64,000 bases of DNA from Lingula anatina (taxonomy: Eukaryota > Animalia > Brachiopoda), in contig CM120643.1 in NCBI GenBank assembly GCA_051362555.1, positions 11,098,001 to 11,162,000 on the forward strand. Direction: 5' to 3'. The position numbers and the translations under genes are program-made. Shown here in pieces: positions 12,261 to 20,760 of the stretch. Under the pieces are notes generated by a model. The model saw nothing but the letters and a program-made list of their open reading frames with translations. It made no database searches and was not told the DNA's origin. The number at the start of each line of letters is the position of its first letter. The stretch's first letter is position 1.

Positions 12261-12599
12261 TGAGGTGCCTTCAATTTAACTTGCATGTTGGCTTTTCTGG
12301 AAAGAAAAAAAAAGATTTAGATGTATTTAAAAAAGAGAATTCTAGATATGCAAAAATATTTGTGCACAATATCTTACTTACATTATGTAAATAGACTTGC
12401 AGTAACTGTTGTAAACTTATATGTTGGCTTCTCTGAAGAAAATACATATAAATGTATTTAAAAAAGAGAATTCTGGGTATACAAAAATATATCAGTGGAT
12501 ATAAGAATATGAAGAACACATGCACACACACACACACATACATTTTTTAGATAGAGAGAGGGACAACTCTTCCATTATAACTGACTAATTTAAATGTCA

Positions 12600-13044
12600 G
12601 TTCAATATGATTGAATCAATGTTGAATCAAGGTGAAAAACTTACTCAAACATCAACATTCAAAAATGCAAGTTGAATTAAAGTTGAAATATTGTTGGTTT
12701 ATCAACTCAATCTTACTTCAAACTTGAATCAATGTTGATATGCCAACTTTGAATTTGTTGTCGTTGAATCAAAGTTGAATCAATGTTGAAATGTCAACGT
12801 TGAATTTGTTGTCGTTGAATCAACGTTGAATCAACGTTGAAATGCCAATGTTGAATTTGTTGTCGTTGAATCAATGTTGAATCAATGTTGAAATGCCAAC
12901 GTTGAATTTGTTGTCGTTGAATCAACGTTGAAATGTCAACGTTGAATTATGGTCGTTGAATCAACATTGATTCAACGTTTATCAACGTCTCAACATAAAT
13001 TCAACATTGATTCAACGTTGAATCAACGTTGTGTGCCTGCTGGG
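12600..13044. repeat. Right subterminal repeat array plus right TIR
   Basis: Many TCAACGTTGA/TCAATGTTGA palindromes in an 11-bp register. They form 51-bp units starting near 12740, 12791, 12842 and a shorter one at 12893. The array ends in GTGTGCCTGCTGGG. Confidence 0.88.
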
Positions 13045-13199
13045 ATGCTTTTATATTTTCAAGAAAGTTGGGAACATCTAATTTAAAACATTTTATTATG
13101 TACCAGTTGACAGTATTTCATAAAAAAGTGTGAATAAATTGTGAGTCACAAAGCTGCTTTTCAGTTACAGTATCCAACAAACATTAAATATTTCAGTAG

Positions 13200-13545
13200 G
13201 TGAGAAAGCGCGTAACCATATGCTAAAGCTGCCGGTAGTAGCAATACCCAGTGCGAGTGTCTTGGGGACTGCGAATGTGTAACACGAGGAAACGTTAGCA
13301 CTTACGTACGCTACTTACCTTTCACTACCAGGCATTTTGGATTCCCGGCCACCTTCCTACATGTATTTGAAAACTGCCCATAGTGAATATAACTCGCTTA
13401 CCTGTTAAGGTTCTCTAAACATGGTCTATCTTCACCCATGATTTGTGTTTGTTTACATCTCGAATCTGACCAGAGACACCGCGTTATTTCAAACTGGGCC
13501 AATTAAGATGGCTTACAGACGGGGCGTGGCAGCTGCAGACGGTGA
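13200..13545 (-). promoter_or_regulatory. Candidate Pol II promoter and first exon oriented leftwards
   Basis: Local CpG enrichment. GC/KLF box GGGGCGTGGC (13521-13530), YY1-like AAGATGGC (13505-13512), CCAAT (13499-13503). Three minus-strand donor consensus sites follow: CAG|GTAAGC at 13402, AG|GTAAGT at 13319, GTAAGT near 13305. Motif-level evidence only. Confidence 0.4.
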
Positions 13546-15328
13546 TTATTATTATTATTATTATTTGCGATATTAAGGCACAATATTAGCACTTTCACAT
13601 AAATGTGATTTATTCTGAAATGAGAGGCCTATATATAAGTACCGGTAGCTATGGGCAAATGGCTTGGATAATATCAGTTTATTTTGTAATACGTTTATAT
13701 GCACACATCATGAAAACAATTGACAAATAATTTCCCATTGAAATGCCTGCAAAACTGTATGAATAAATAATTTGGTGAAATATTTCATAACCCTATGGAC
13801 AGCAGACTCACTGACATAACTGCCAATGACACAAAAATATACTGTCAAAATGTTACCGGTACTTTTCATAACGTCATGCAGTACTTGAACACGTGCACAC
13901 CCCTTGTGTGTAAACAAACCACTGCACTGCTCAAAGTCGGAAGCTCCCTCCGCCAGCGGTCTCACACGGCACAGTACCTGTGCCTGGTCCTGCAAAAAAA
14001 TTGATGCCTCAATTGACGCCCCAGCCTGCTCCTTGATATCAAAATTAAACCTAACAACACTAAAAAATACCAGAAAAAAAAAAAAAAAAAAAAAAAAAAC
14101 GGGAAAAATCACTAATTTTTTTCACAGCACTTCATTCGTTTATAACAATACGTGATTAGCCAGATAGGGTTGAAAAAATTTTTTTCTTCATTATTGTGAT
14201 CAGAAGGTGTGTTTGGTCATTTGTAGTCAGTATAAAGTACTAGAACAGTGGTTTTGTCAACATTAAGGAAGAAATAGCGCAAAAACTCTCCCTGCCCCCC
14301 TCTCTCCAAATCCTATTCTCAGGAGTGCTTTTTGGCAATCCTTAAAGCTGAAATTGGGGGCTTTAATGAAGTGACCTGGACGCGTTTCCACATTTTTTAA
14401 GAATGACAGGTGTGGTAGATTGATTACAGTCACATTTCGGAAAAATCAGAGACGGGTCGATCCTGGGTGATTTTGAGTGATTTTCATAAGGTCCGGATAT
14501 GGCAGTTTTCTTCAATTTTGGCCAGATAGGGTTGAAAAACTTTTTTCTTCATTATTGTGATCAGTAGGTGTGTTTGGTCATTTGTAGTCAGTATAAAGTA
14601 CAAGAACAGTGGTTTTGTCAACATTAAGGAAAAAATAGAGCAAAAACTCTCCCTGCCCCACCTCTCTCCAAATCCTGTTCTCAGGAGTGCTTTTTGGCAA
14701 TCTTTAAACCTGAAATTGGGGGCTTTAATAAAGTGACCCGGGCGCGTTTCCACATTTTTTATGAATGACAGGTGTGGGAGATTGATTTTAGTCACATTTC
14801 AGAAAAATCGGAGATGGGTCGATCCTGGGTGATTTTGAGTGATTTTCATAAGGTCCGGATATGACAGTTTTCTTCAATTTTGGCCAGATAGGATTGAAAA
14901 ATTTTTTTCTTCATTATAATGTCAGGTAGGTGTGTTCGGTCATTTGTAGTAAGAATAAAGTGCTGGAATAGTGGTGGTGTCAACATTAAGGAAGAAATAG
15001 AGCAAAAACTGTCTCCCTCTCAGATTCTGTTCTCAGAGCTTATTTTTGGATCATCTTTAAAGCTAGAATTGGGGGCCTTGATGAAGTGACCCGGGCGCGT
15101 TTCCACATTTTTTATGAATGACAGGTGTGGTAGATTGATTTTCGTCACTTTTTGGAAAAATCGGAGACGGGTCGATTTTTGGTGATTTTGAGTGATTTTG
15201 AACAGTGCCGGCACTGTGAGATTTCTTCAATTTTGGCCAGGTAGGGATGAAAATTTTTTTTCTTCATTATAGTGTCAGGTAGGTGTGTTCGGTCATTTGT
15301 AGTAAGAATAAAGTGCTGGAAGAGTGGT

Positions 15329-15790
15329 TGTTGCGGATCCCACATCAAAACAAACAAACGACGGGAAATGTTCACACTTTATTTCACGCACACTGACATG
15401 GATATGGTGAAACTAAAAATAACAAAATAATGAAATATAAATACCAAACTAATTATACAAAATACACAAATATAACATAAATTGAATACAAATATAAAAA
15501 GAAATAATAAATTAATTATAAGAAACGGAAATGTTGTGCAAATGATTAACAATAGAATTGAATACAATACGTACAGAGAAATGTGGCTTTCCCGTCCAAA
15601 TGTTGATCCACAAATTTTGCCTACTAAAACTTCAGACTCGGCGACCTGAGCCTTCGCTCGTCAAATACAACGTGGCCGCGCCCAGAAACTGCTGCATACA
15701 GTATATATACAGAGTAAATGATTTGCATAATAATACAAAGCTGACTAGTGATACGATTGTAAACGCAAATTGTTGGCATAAGCGACAACA
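15329..15790 (-). repeat. 3' LTR (462 bp), TGTTG...CAACA, preceded by short purine tract AAGTGGGAG
   Basis: TG...CA termini; AATAAA on the minus strand near 15378-15383; PPT-like tract at 15791-15799. Confidence 0.96.
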
Positions 15791-15931
15791 CTCCCACTTA
15801 AACAAAAAAAAAAAAATTAATTGTACAAACACACACACAAAAAATGCATTTATCTACCTCACTATATACTCAAACAAACACATATTCACTATATTATCTG
15901 TCACAAACAAACAAACAAAAATAAATAATAT

Positions 15932-16115
15932 TACTTATTCTTATTCAAATCTACTTACAATTTATTGTTTAAACAATGTCACTTAAAAAATATTGTAACA
16001 ATATAATACATATCTTAATAGTCTACTTATTCTTATACAAATTTACTTACAATTTATTGTTTAAACAATGTCACTTAAACAATATTGTAATAATATAACA
16101 CATATCTTAACAGTC
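15932..16115. repeat. 92-bp tandem duplication in the BEL 3' UTR, overlapping the stop codon
   Basis: TACTTATTCTTAT..AAAT.TACTTACAATTTATTGTTTAAACAATGTCACTTAAA occurs twice, 92 bp apart. Confidence 0.85.
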
Positions 16116-17063
16116 TCCCTCTAAAAATACTAATTTTGTGATGGGTCTATTATAGCGAGACGATTTAGTACGAACCGTAGCGCTACGCACTAAGCTATCT
16201 CTCCCAATCTTAACATTTTCTACTACAGCTAGAGGCCATGAACCACGGGGCATAGAAGCATCAACAATAAGGACAAGGTCCCCCTTCTTTAAAATTCGCT
16301 TGATCTCCCGCCACTTAGGTCTAGACTGAAGCAAAGATAAATATTCCCTAGTCCGTCGCTTCCAGAACTGGGAAACAAGAAATTGACAATGTCTCCACAA
16401 CCGTCTATACGCATCTGCTATTTCAAAATCACCCCAAGGAAGAGAGGGATTGTTACGGAGTAGTAACAGATGGTTAGGAGTAAGAGCGTCACAGTCATTT
16501 GAGTCAGTGCTGACTTTTGTCATGGGTCTTCCATTTATAATGCTTTCGCACTCACATAAAATTGTTTGTAATACCCAATCAGATAATGACTTGGTAGACA
16601 CATTTGACAACAGTGCTGTCAGGATTTTTCTGACAGTTCTTATCATGCGTTCCCAGATCCCTCCATGATGGGATGCATGTGGGGGGTTAAAATTCCACTC
16701 GACGCCTCTGCGTCTTGTTTCCCTAAGTATTTTACTCTTGTCAAGCTGACGTAAGCTTCGCGCTAGCTCACTTTGAGCACCAATAAAATTCGTAGCATTG
16801 TCACTATAAAGTTTGGAAGGACATCCTCTTCTCGCGACAAAACGGAAAAACCCATTGAGAAACGCGTCTGTACTCAAATTTTCCAACACCTCAATATGCA
16901 ACGCCCGTGTTTTGAAACAAGTAAAAATGCATCCATAACGCTTTACGTCAGAACGTCCTACTTTCACAACAAGTGGCCCGAAAATATCGATGACGACAAT
17001 ATCAAAAGGAGGCCCCCCTGCGCTACACCTGTCCTCGGGCAAATCCGCCATTTTCTGCGACAT
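16107..17063 (-). CDS. BEL/Pao integrase core and DUF5641-like C-terminus, separated from the polyprotein by a frameshift
   Basis: QKMADLP, DIFGP, SDNATNF, GGIWERM (DDE), LTPNHLL, FWKR..REYL, RPITKL. Confidence 0.92.
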   Translation of the reverse strand: MSQKMADLPEDRCSAGGPPFDIVVIDIFGPLVVKVGRSDVKRYGCIFTCFKTRALHIEVLENLSTDAFLNGFFRFVARRGCPSKLYSDNATNFIGAQSELARSLRQLDKSKILRETRRRGVEWNFNPPHASHHGGIWERMIRTVRKILTALLSNVSTKSLSDWVLQTILCECESIINGRPMTKVSTDSNDCDALTPNHLLLLRNNPSLPWGDFEIADAYRRLWRHCQFLVSQFWKRRTREYLSLLQSRPKWREIKRILKKGDLVLIVDASMPRGSWPLAVVENVKIGRDSLVRSATVRTKSSRYNRPITKLVFLEGDC

Positions 17064-20000
17064 AGAACGCGTAGAGCTTTTTGCAGATTACGCAGTTTTT
17101 GACGATTTTCTTCACCAAATTTCTTCCATCGACTATCCAGTACTTCCGACGGACAATACTATGGGTCCACTCAGTTCCCATATGTGCTCCACCGTGAAAG
17201 TCGCGAATGATTGAAGAGCAAATTTTGTGAGATCTGGGCAAAATGGGGGGCTGTTTACATGCTAATGATGAATGAATAAGCCGACCGCCAACAACTAAAA
17301 TCCCGTCCTTCACAATAGGAGATAACTTGTAGATTGCACTCGATCGCGAAATAACGCCGGACTCACTCAAAGATTGAATTTCACGACCGAATACTTCGCT
17401 TTGGACTGCTCTGAAGATGTAATAGAAATAATCAGGCATGACTTCCCATTTAATCCCGAGAGCCTTTGCATGAGAATCGAACGCTAATTCTTTCACCTCT
17501 TTAGCTCTGTCATCAACAGGGATAGCTCTATTTAATTCGAAGTCATTTACTACGAATTGAGTGAGATCGAAACCGCCGCGGCTCACCGCGCGTTTTGTGC
17601 CTTCAATGACCTCACGAGCCTCTTTTCTGGTTTTCACGGATTTGAACAAATCATCTACATAAAAAGATTTCAACACGGTGTTTCTGATCAATTCTGTGAC
17701 TTCATGGTCTTTTACTGTGCGTCTTAGAGCATAACAGCTTGCGCTCCCTGACCACTTTCCACCAAACAAATGGACGCGCATGCGATAGTGAACAAGATTT
17801 TCCCCGTCGCGCCATAAGAATCTGAGCGAATTTCTATCGCATTCGGGCACCATAACTTGATAGTACATGGCCTTGATGTCCGCCATTATCGCGTATTTAT
17901 GTTGACGAAATCGCAACAAAATACCTAACAGCTTGTTTATGAAATCTGGGCCTTGTTTGGTCTGAGAATTTAGACTAACACCCTGCCATTTGCACGCACA
18001 ATCATAAACAACTCGCAATTTCTCAGGTTTTGAGGGATTCAAAACATGTCTGTGCGGAATATACCATACTGTGCCGTCGCGCAGATCAATTTCATCATCT
18101 GGGACTTTCTCAACATAACTATCGGAAATCAAATCCAATATGTTGTCGTGATATTTTTCGTATAACCCGTCCTTCTCCAGCTTACGTTCTAAACTGTGTA
18201 AGCGGTCGAGCGCCACGTTCTTGTTATACGGAAATTTCGGACACCCTGTTTTCCACGGTATCGGTAACACGTAATGACCGTTGTCCTCACTAACAGTCGA
18301 TTCCCACAGGGCCAAAACTTCTCTATCTTCTTGCGAGAAAGAAACCGCGCTCTCATTTTCGAGTCGCCATAAATTCTCAATATTTTCTTCAACCGAGAGA
18401 AAATTGACTGAAATGTCAGATGCCAACTTTTCGTTCAACGGGCCGTTCAATGTCCAACCTAAGCGCGAACGAGACGCGTAAAGTTTCAAATTTCCGCTTT
18501 CATCGCAACGCGTCTCTAACGGCATGATCAAATGCGCGTTGTCCATTCCAATAATAATATCTGCGTGACCCGATCCTGTGTTACTGAAAGGTATATCTTT
18601 CAAATACGGATACGCATCAGTGTTAACTCGCGAATTCGCTCGCACACGAATTTGTGGGATAACTAACACATTTGACAAACAATAGGAGACATTCAAATCA
18701 TGAACAGGTGACACCTGAAATGACACAACGTGAGATTTTGTACTTTGTGAACAACTCAACGTGTTCATTTGATAGTTCAAGCTTTGTGAGTGTTTGAGAG
18801 AAAGTTCATTTGCAAGACGTTCAGAAATAAATGTTGAAGTAGAACCATTGTCCAAAAGAGCGGAAGCTATCACGTGTCCGTTTACTCTGACGGACACAAT
18901 GGGCAGATTCACATGATTGGAATTAGAGTGAACACTAGCGTTCGTCACGGTGTCTGAAATGCCGGTTCTTGCGGTTTTGGAGGACGACTTCTCACTTTGA
19001 CCGAAATGAATAAACTTTGAGTGCTTACGTCCACATCCTGGCACAGTACACACAGTATTTTTCCGACAATCTTTAGCAAAATGTCCAGCTGAAAAACAAT
19101 TGTGACACAAGCGATTTTGCTTTATGATATCAAAACGAGCTTGAACGCTTTTGGCCTTGAAGACCTCACAATGAAACAAATCATGCGGCTGATGACAGAC
19201 AACACATGGAGGGAGATCACGCTGAACAGGGGGTTCAAAAGGGGGGTCAATGGGCCCTTGGGCGGTATAGGAAAAAGTACTAGATGACTTACGGCCAGGA
19301 TGATATACAGGACTGTCCCCATAAACCGGGTCATTGGCCTCTGTTGCTTGTTGTGACACAAAATCTACAAATTGTGAGAATGTGGGATACCTTTTCTCAA
19401 CACTTTTAATTTTGAGTGCTTTATATCGCCATTTGTCTACTATCTTTACTCTACACCTTTTCACAGTATCTAAGATTGATTTTTGATTCTCAACCTCACT
19501 TAGCATGTCTAACTTTTCCAAAGTGACACTAGCAACTTGCAAATCATCTGCCAATTTTTGTAATTCATCTGGCGTATTTACATTTTTGCCTGATTTGAGA
19601 TCATTAATAATACGCTGGGCTACTAAGTGATCATTACCAAATCTGGCCTTCAAAATTTCCCGTGCTTTATCATTACCCGATTCACCAATTAGAACACAAT
19701 TTTTTATTGCATCTTTGGCAGCACCAGACGTGTATTGCAATAACCTGGTCAACTTGATATTTTTATCATCAATTTTGCTGTCAATAGTTTCGTCAAATAC
19801 TGCACAAAAGCTATAGAAATCAGATGGATTTCCAGAAAATGTGTCTATTTCTGCTTTTGGTAATGAAAGTAAATTGATAAGTTTTTGCTCAGATAATTGT
19901 TCAGATTCACTTTCTGGTTTTAGACTTTTCATGAAAGTAACACCTGCTCCAATACCTCTTATGTAGCTATCTTGTACCTGAGAAAACCAAGCTTCACTGG

Positions 20001-20223
20001 TTTCAATGTCAGAGTCAGTTTCAAGTAGAGAATGATACGCATCATGACAGTTTTCAAAGCTTGTAAACACTTCTTTCAACTTACTAACGTTTGCGTCGAC
20101 AGTCTTTGGTTCATCCGCGGCTATAGCACGCTCTATCACCCCAATCACTCGTGTAACAGCGCCCTTCCGTGCCCTACGTGCGAGTCGCAGCTTCTCGATT
20201 TCTTGATCCTTGCTTTCACTCAT
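17023..20223 (-). CDS. BEL/Pao Gag-Pol polyprotein: DUF1759-type Gag, 3 zinc knuckles, aspartic protease, RT, integrase zinc finger; RNase H region missing
   Basis: Knuckles CVVCHQPHDLFHC, CHNCFSAGHFAKDC, CTVPGCGRKHSKFIH; protease LLDNGS; RT KLRVVYDC, ADIKAMYYQV, FYVDDL; integrase H..AHMG...CVIC. No YDPLG/FSDAS block. Confidence 0.93.
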   Translation of the reverse strand: MSESKDQEIEKLRLARRARKGAVTRVIGVIERAIAADEPKTVDANVSKLKEVFTSFENCHDAYHSLLETDSDIETSEAWFSQVQDSYIRGIGAGVTFMKSLKPESESEQLSEQKLINLLSLPKAEIDTFSGNPSDFYSFCAVFDETIDSKIDDKNIKLTRLLQYTSGAAKDAIKNCVLIGESGNDKAREILKARFGNDHLVAQRIINDLKSGKNVNTPDELQKLADDLQVASVTLEKLDMLSEVENQKSILDTVKRCRVKIVDKWRYKALKIKSVEKRYPTFSQFVDFVSQQATEANDPVYGDSPVYHPGRKSSSTFSYTAQGPIDPPFEPPVQRDLPPCVVCHQPHDLFHCEVFKAKSVQARFDIIKQNRLCHNCFSAGHFAKDCRKNTVCTVPGCGRKHSKFIHFGQSEKSSSKTARTGISDTVTNASVHSNSNHVNLPIVSVRVNGHVIASALLDNGSTSTFISERLANELSLKHSQSLNYQMNTLSCSQSTKSHVVSFQVSPVHDLNVSYCLSNVLVIPQIRVRANSRVNTDAYPYLKDIPFSNTGSGHADIIIGMDNAHLIMPLETRCDESGNLKLYASRSRLGWTLNGPLNEKLASDISVNFLSVEENIENLWRLENESAVSFSQEDREVLALWESTVSEDNGHYVLPIPWKTGCPKFPYNKNVALDRLHSLERKLEKDGLYEKYHDNILDLISDSYVEKVPDDEIDLRDGTVWYIPHRHVLNPSKPEKLRVVYDCACKWQGVSLNSQTKQGPDFINKLLGILLRFRQHKYAIMADIKAMYYQVMVPECDRNSLRFLWRDGENLVHYRMRVHLFGGKWSGSASCYALRRTVKDHEVTELIRNTVLKSFYVDDLFKSVKTRKEAREVIEGTKRAVSRGGFDLTQFVVNDFELNRAIPVDDRAKEVKELAFDSHAKALGIKWEVMPDYFYYIFRAVQSEVFGREIQSLSESGVISRSSAIYKLSPIVKDGILVVGGRLIHSSLACKQPPILPRSHKICSSIIRDFHGGAHMGTEWTHSIVRRKYWIVDGRNLVKKIVKNCVICKKLYAFYVAENGGFARGQV

Positions 20224-20298
20224 ATTGTAGTTTCTTACATGGAAATGGTGTCGTCTAAGGGTAATTCAGTTGTCCAATGTCTAGATTTCTCTTTTCAC

Positions 20299-20760
20299 TA
20301 TTGCGGATCCCACATCAAAACAAACAAACGACGGGAAATGTTCACACTTTATTTCACGCACACTGACATGGATATGGTGAAACTAAAAATAACAAAATAA
20401 TGAAATATAAATACCAAACTAATTATACAAAATACACAAATATAACATAAATTGAATACAAATATAAAAAGAAATAATAAATTAATTATAAGAAACGGAA
20501 ATGTTGTGCAAATGATTAACAATAGAATTGAATACAATACGTACAGAGAAATGTGGCTTTCCCGTCCAAATGTTGATCCACAAATTTTGCCTACTAAAAC
20601 TTCAGACTCGGCGACCTGAGCCTTCGCTCGTCAAATACAACGTGGCCGCGCCCAGAAACTGCTGCATACAGTATATATACAGAGTAAATGATTTGCATAA
20701 TAATACAAAGCTGACTAGTGATACGATTGTAAACGCAAATTGTTGGCATAAGCGACAACA
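20299..20760 (-). repeat. 5' LTR (462 bp)
   Basis: Identical by eye to 15329-15790 except at 20300: minus-strand end ...GCAATA instead of ...GCAACA. Confidence 0.96.

Larger units (their letters stand above)
1963..13044. mobile_element. CMC/EnSpm (CACTA-superfamily) DNA transposon, 11,082 bp, apparently non-autonomous
   Basis: Left end CCCAGCAGGCACACAACGTTGAATCAACGTTG (1963) matches the reverse complement of the right end (13044) at 31/32 nt. AT flanks both ends (1961-1962, 13045-13046), a 2-bp TSD. Both ends have subterminal palindrome arrays. A DUF4806-like gene lies inside; no transposase ORF is seen. Confidence 0.88.
15329..20760 (-). mobile_element. BEL/Pao LTR retrotransposon, 5,432 bp, defective
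   Basis: Two 462-bp LTRs; 5-bp TSD GTGGT (15324-15328, 20761-20765) in the satellite monomer; Gag-PR-RT-IN domain order with BEL-type motifs. Confidence 0.96.

Noticed and set aside
17023-17070. Programmed ribosomal frameshift in the BEL integrase
   Set aside because: No clear slippery heptamer at the break, and BEL integrase is normally continuous with Pol. A small indel is simpler.
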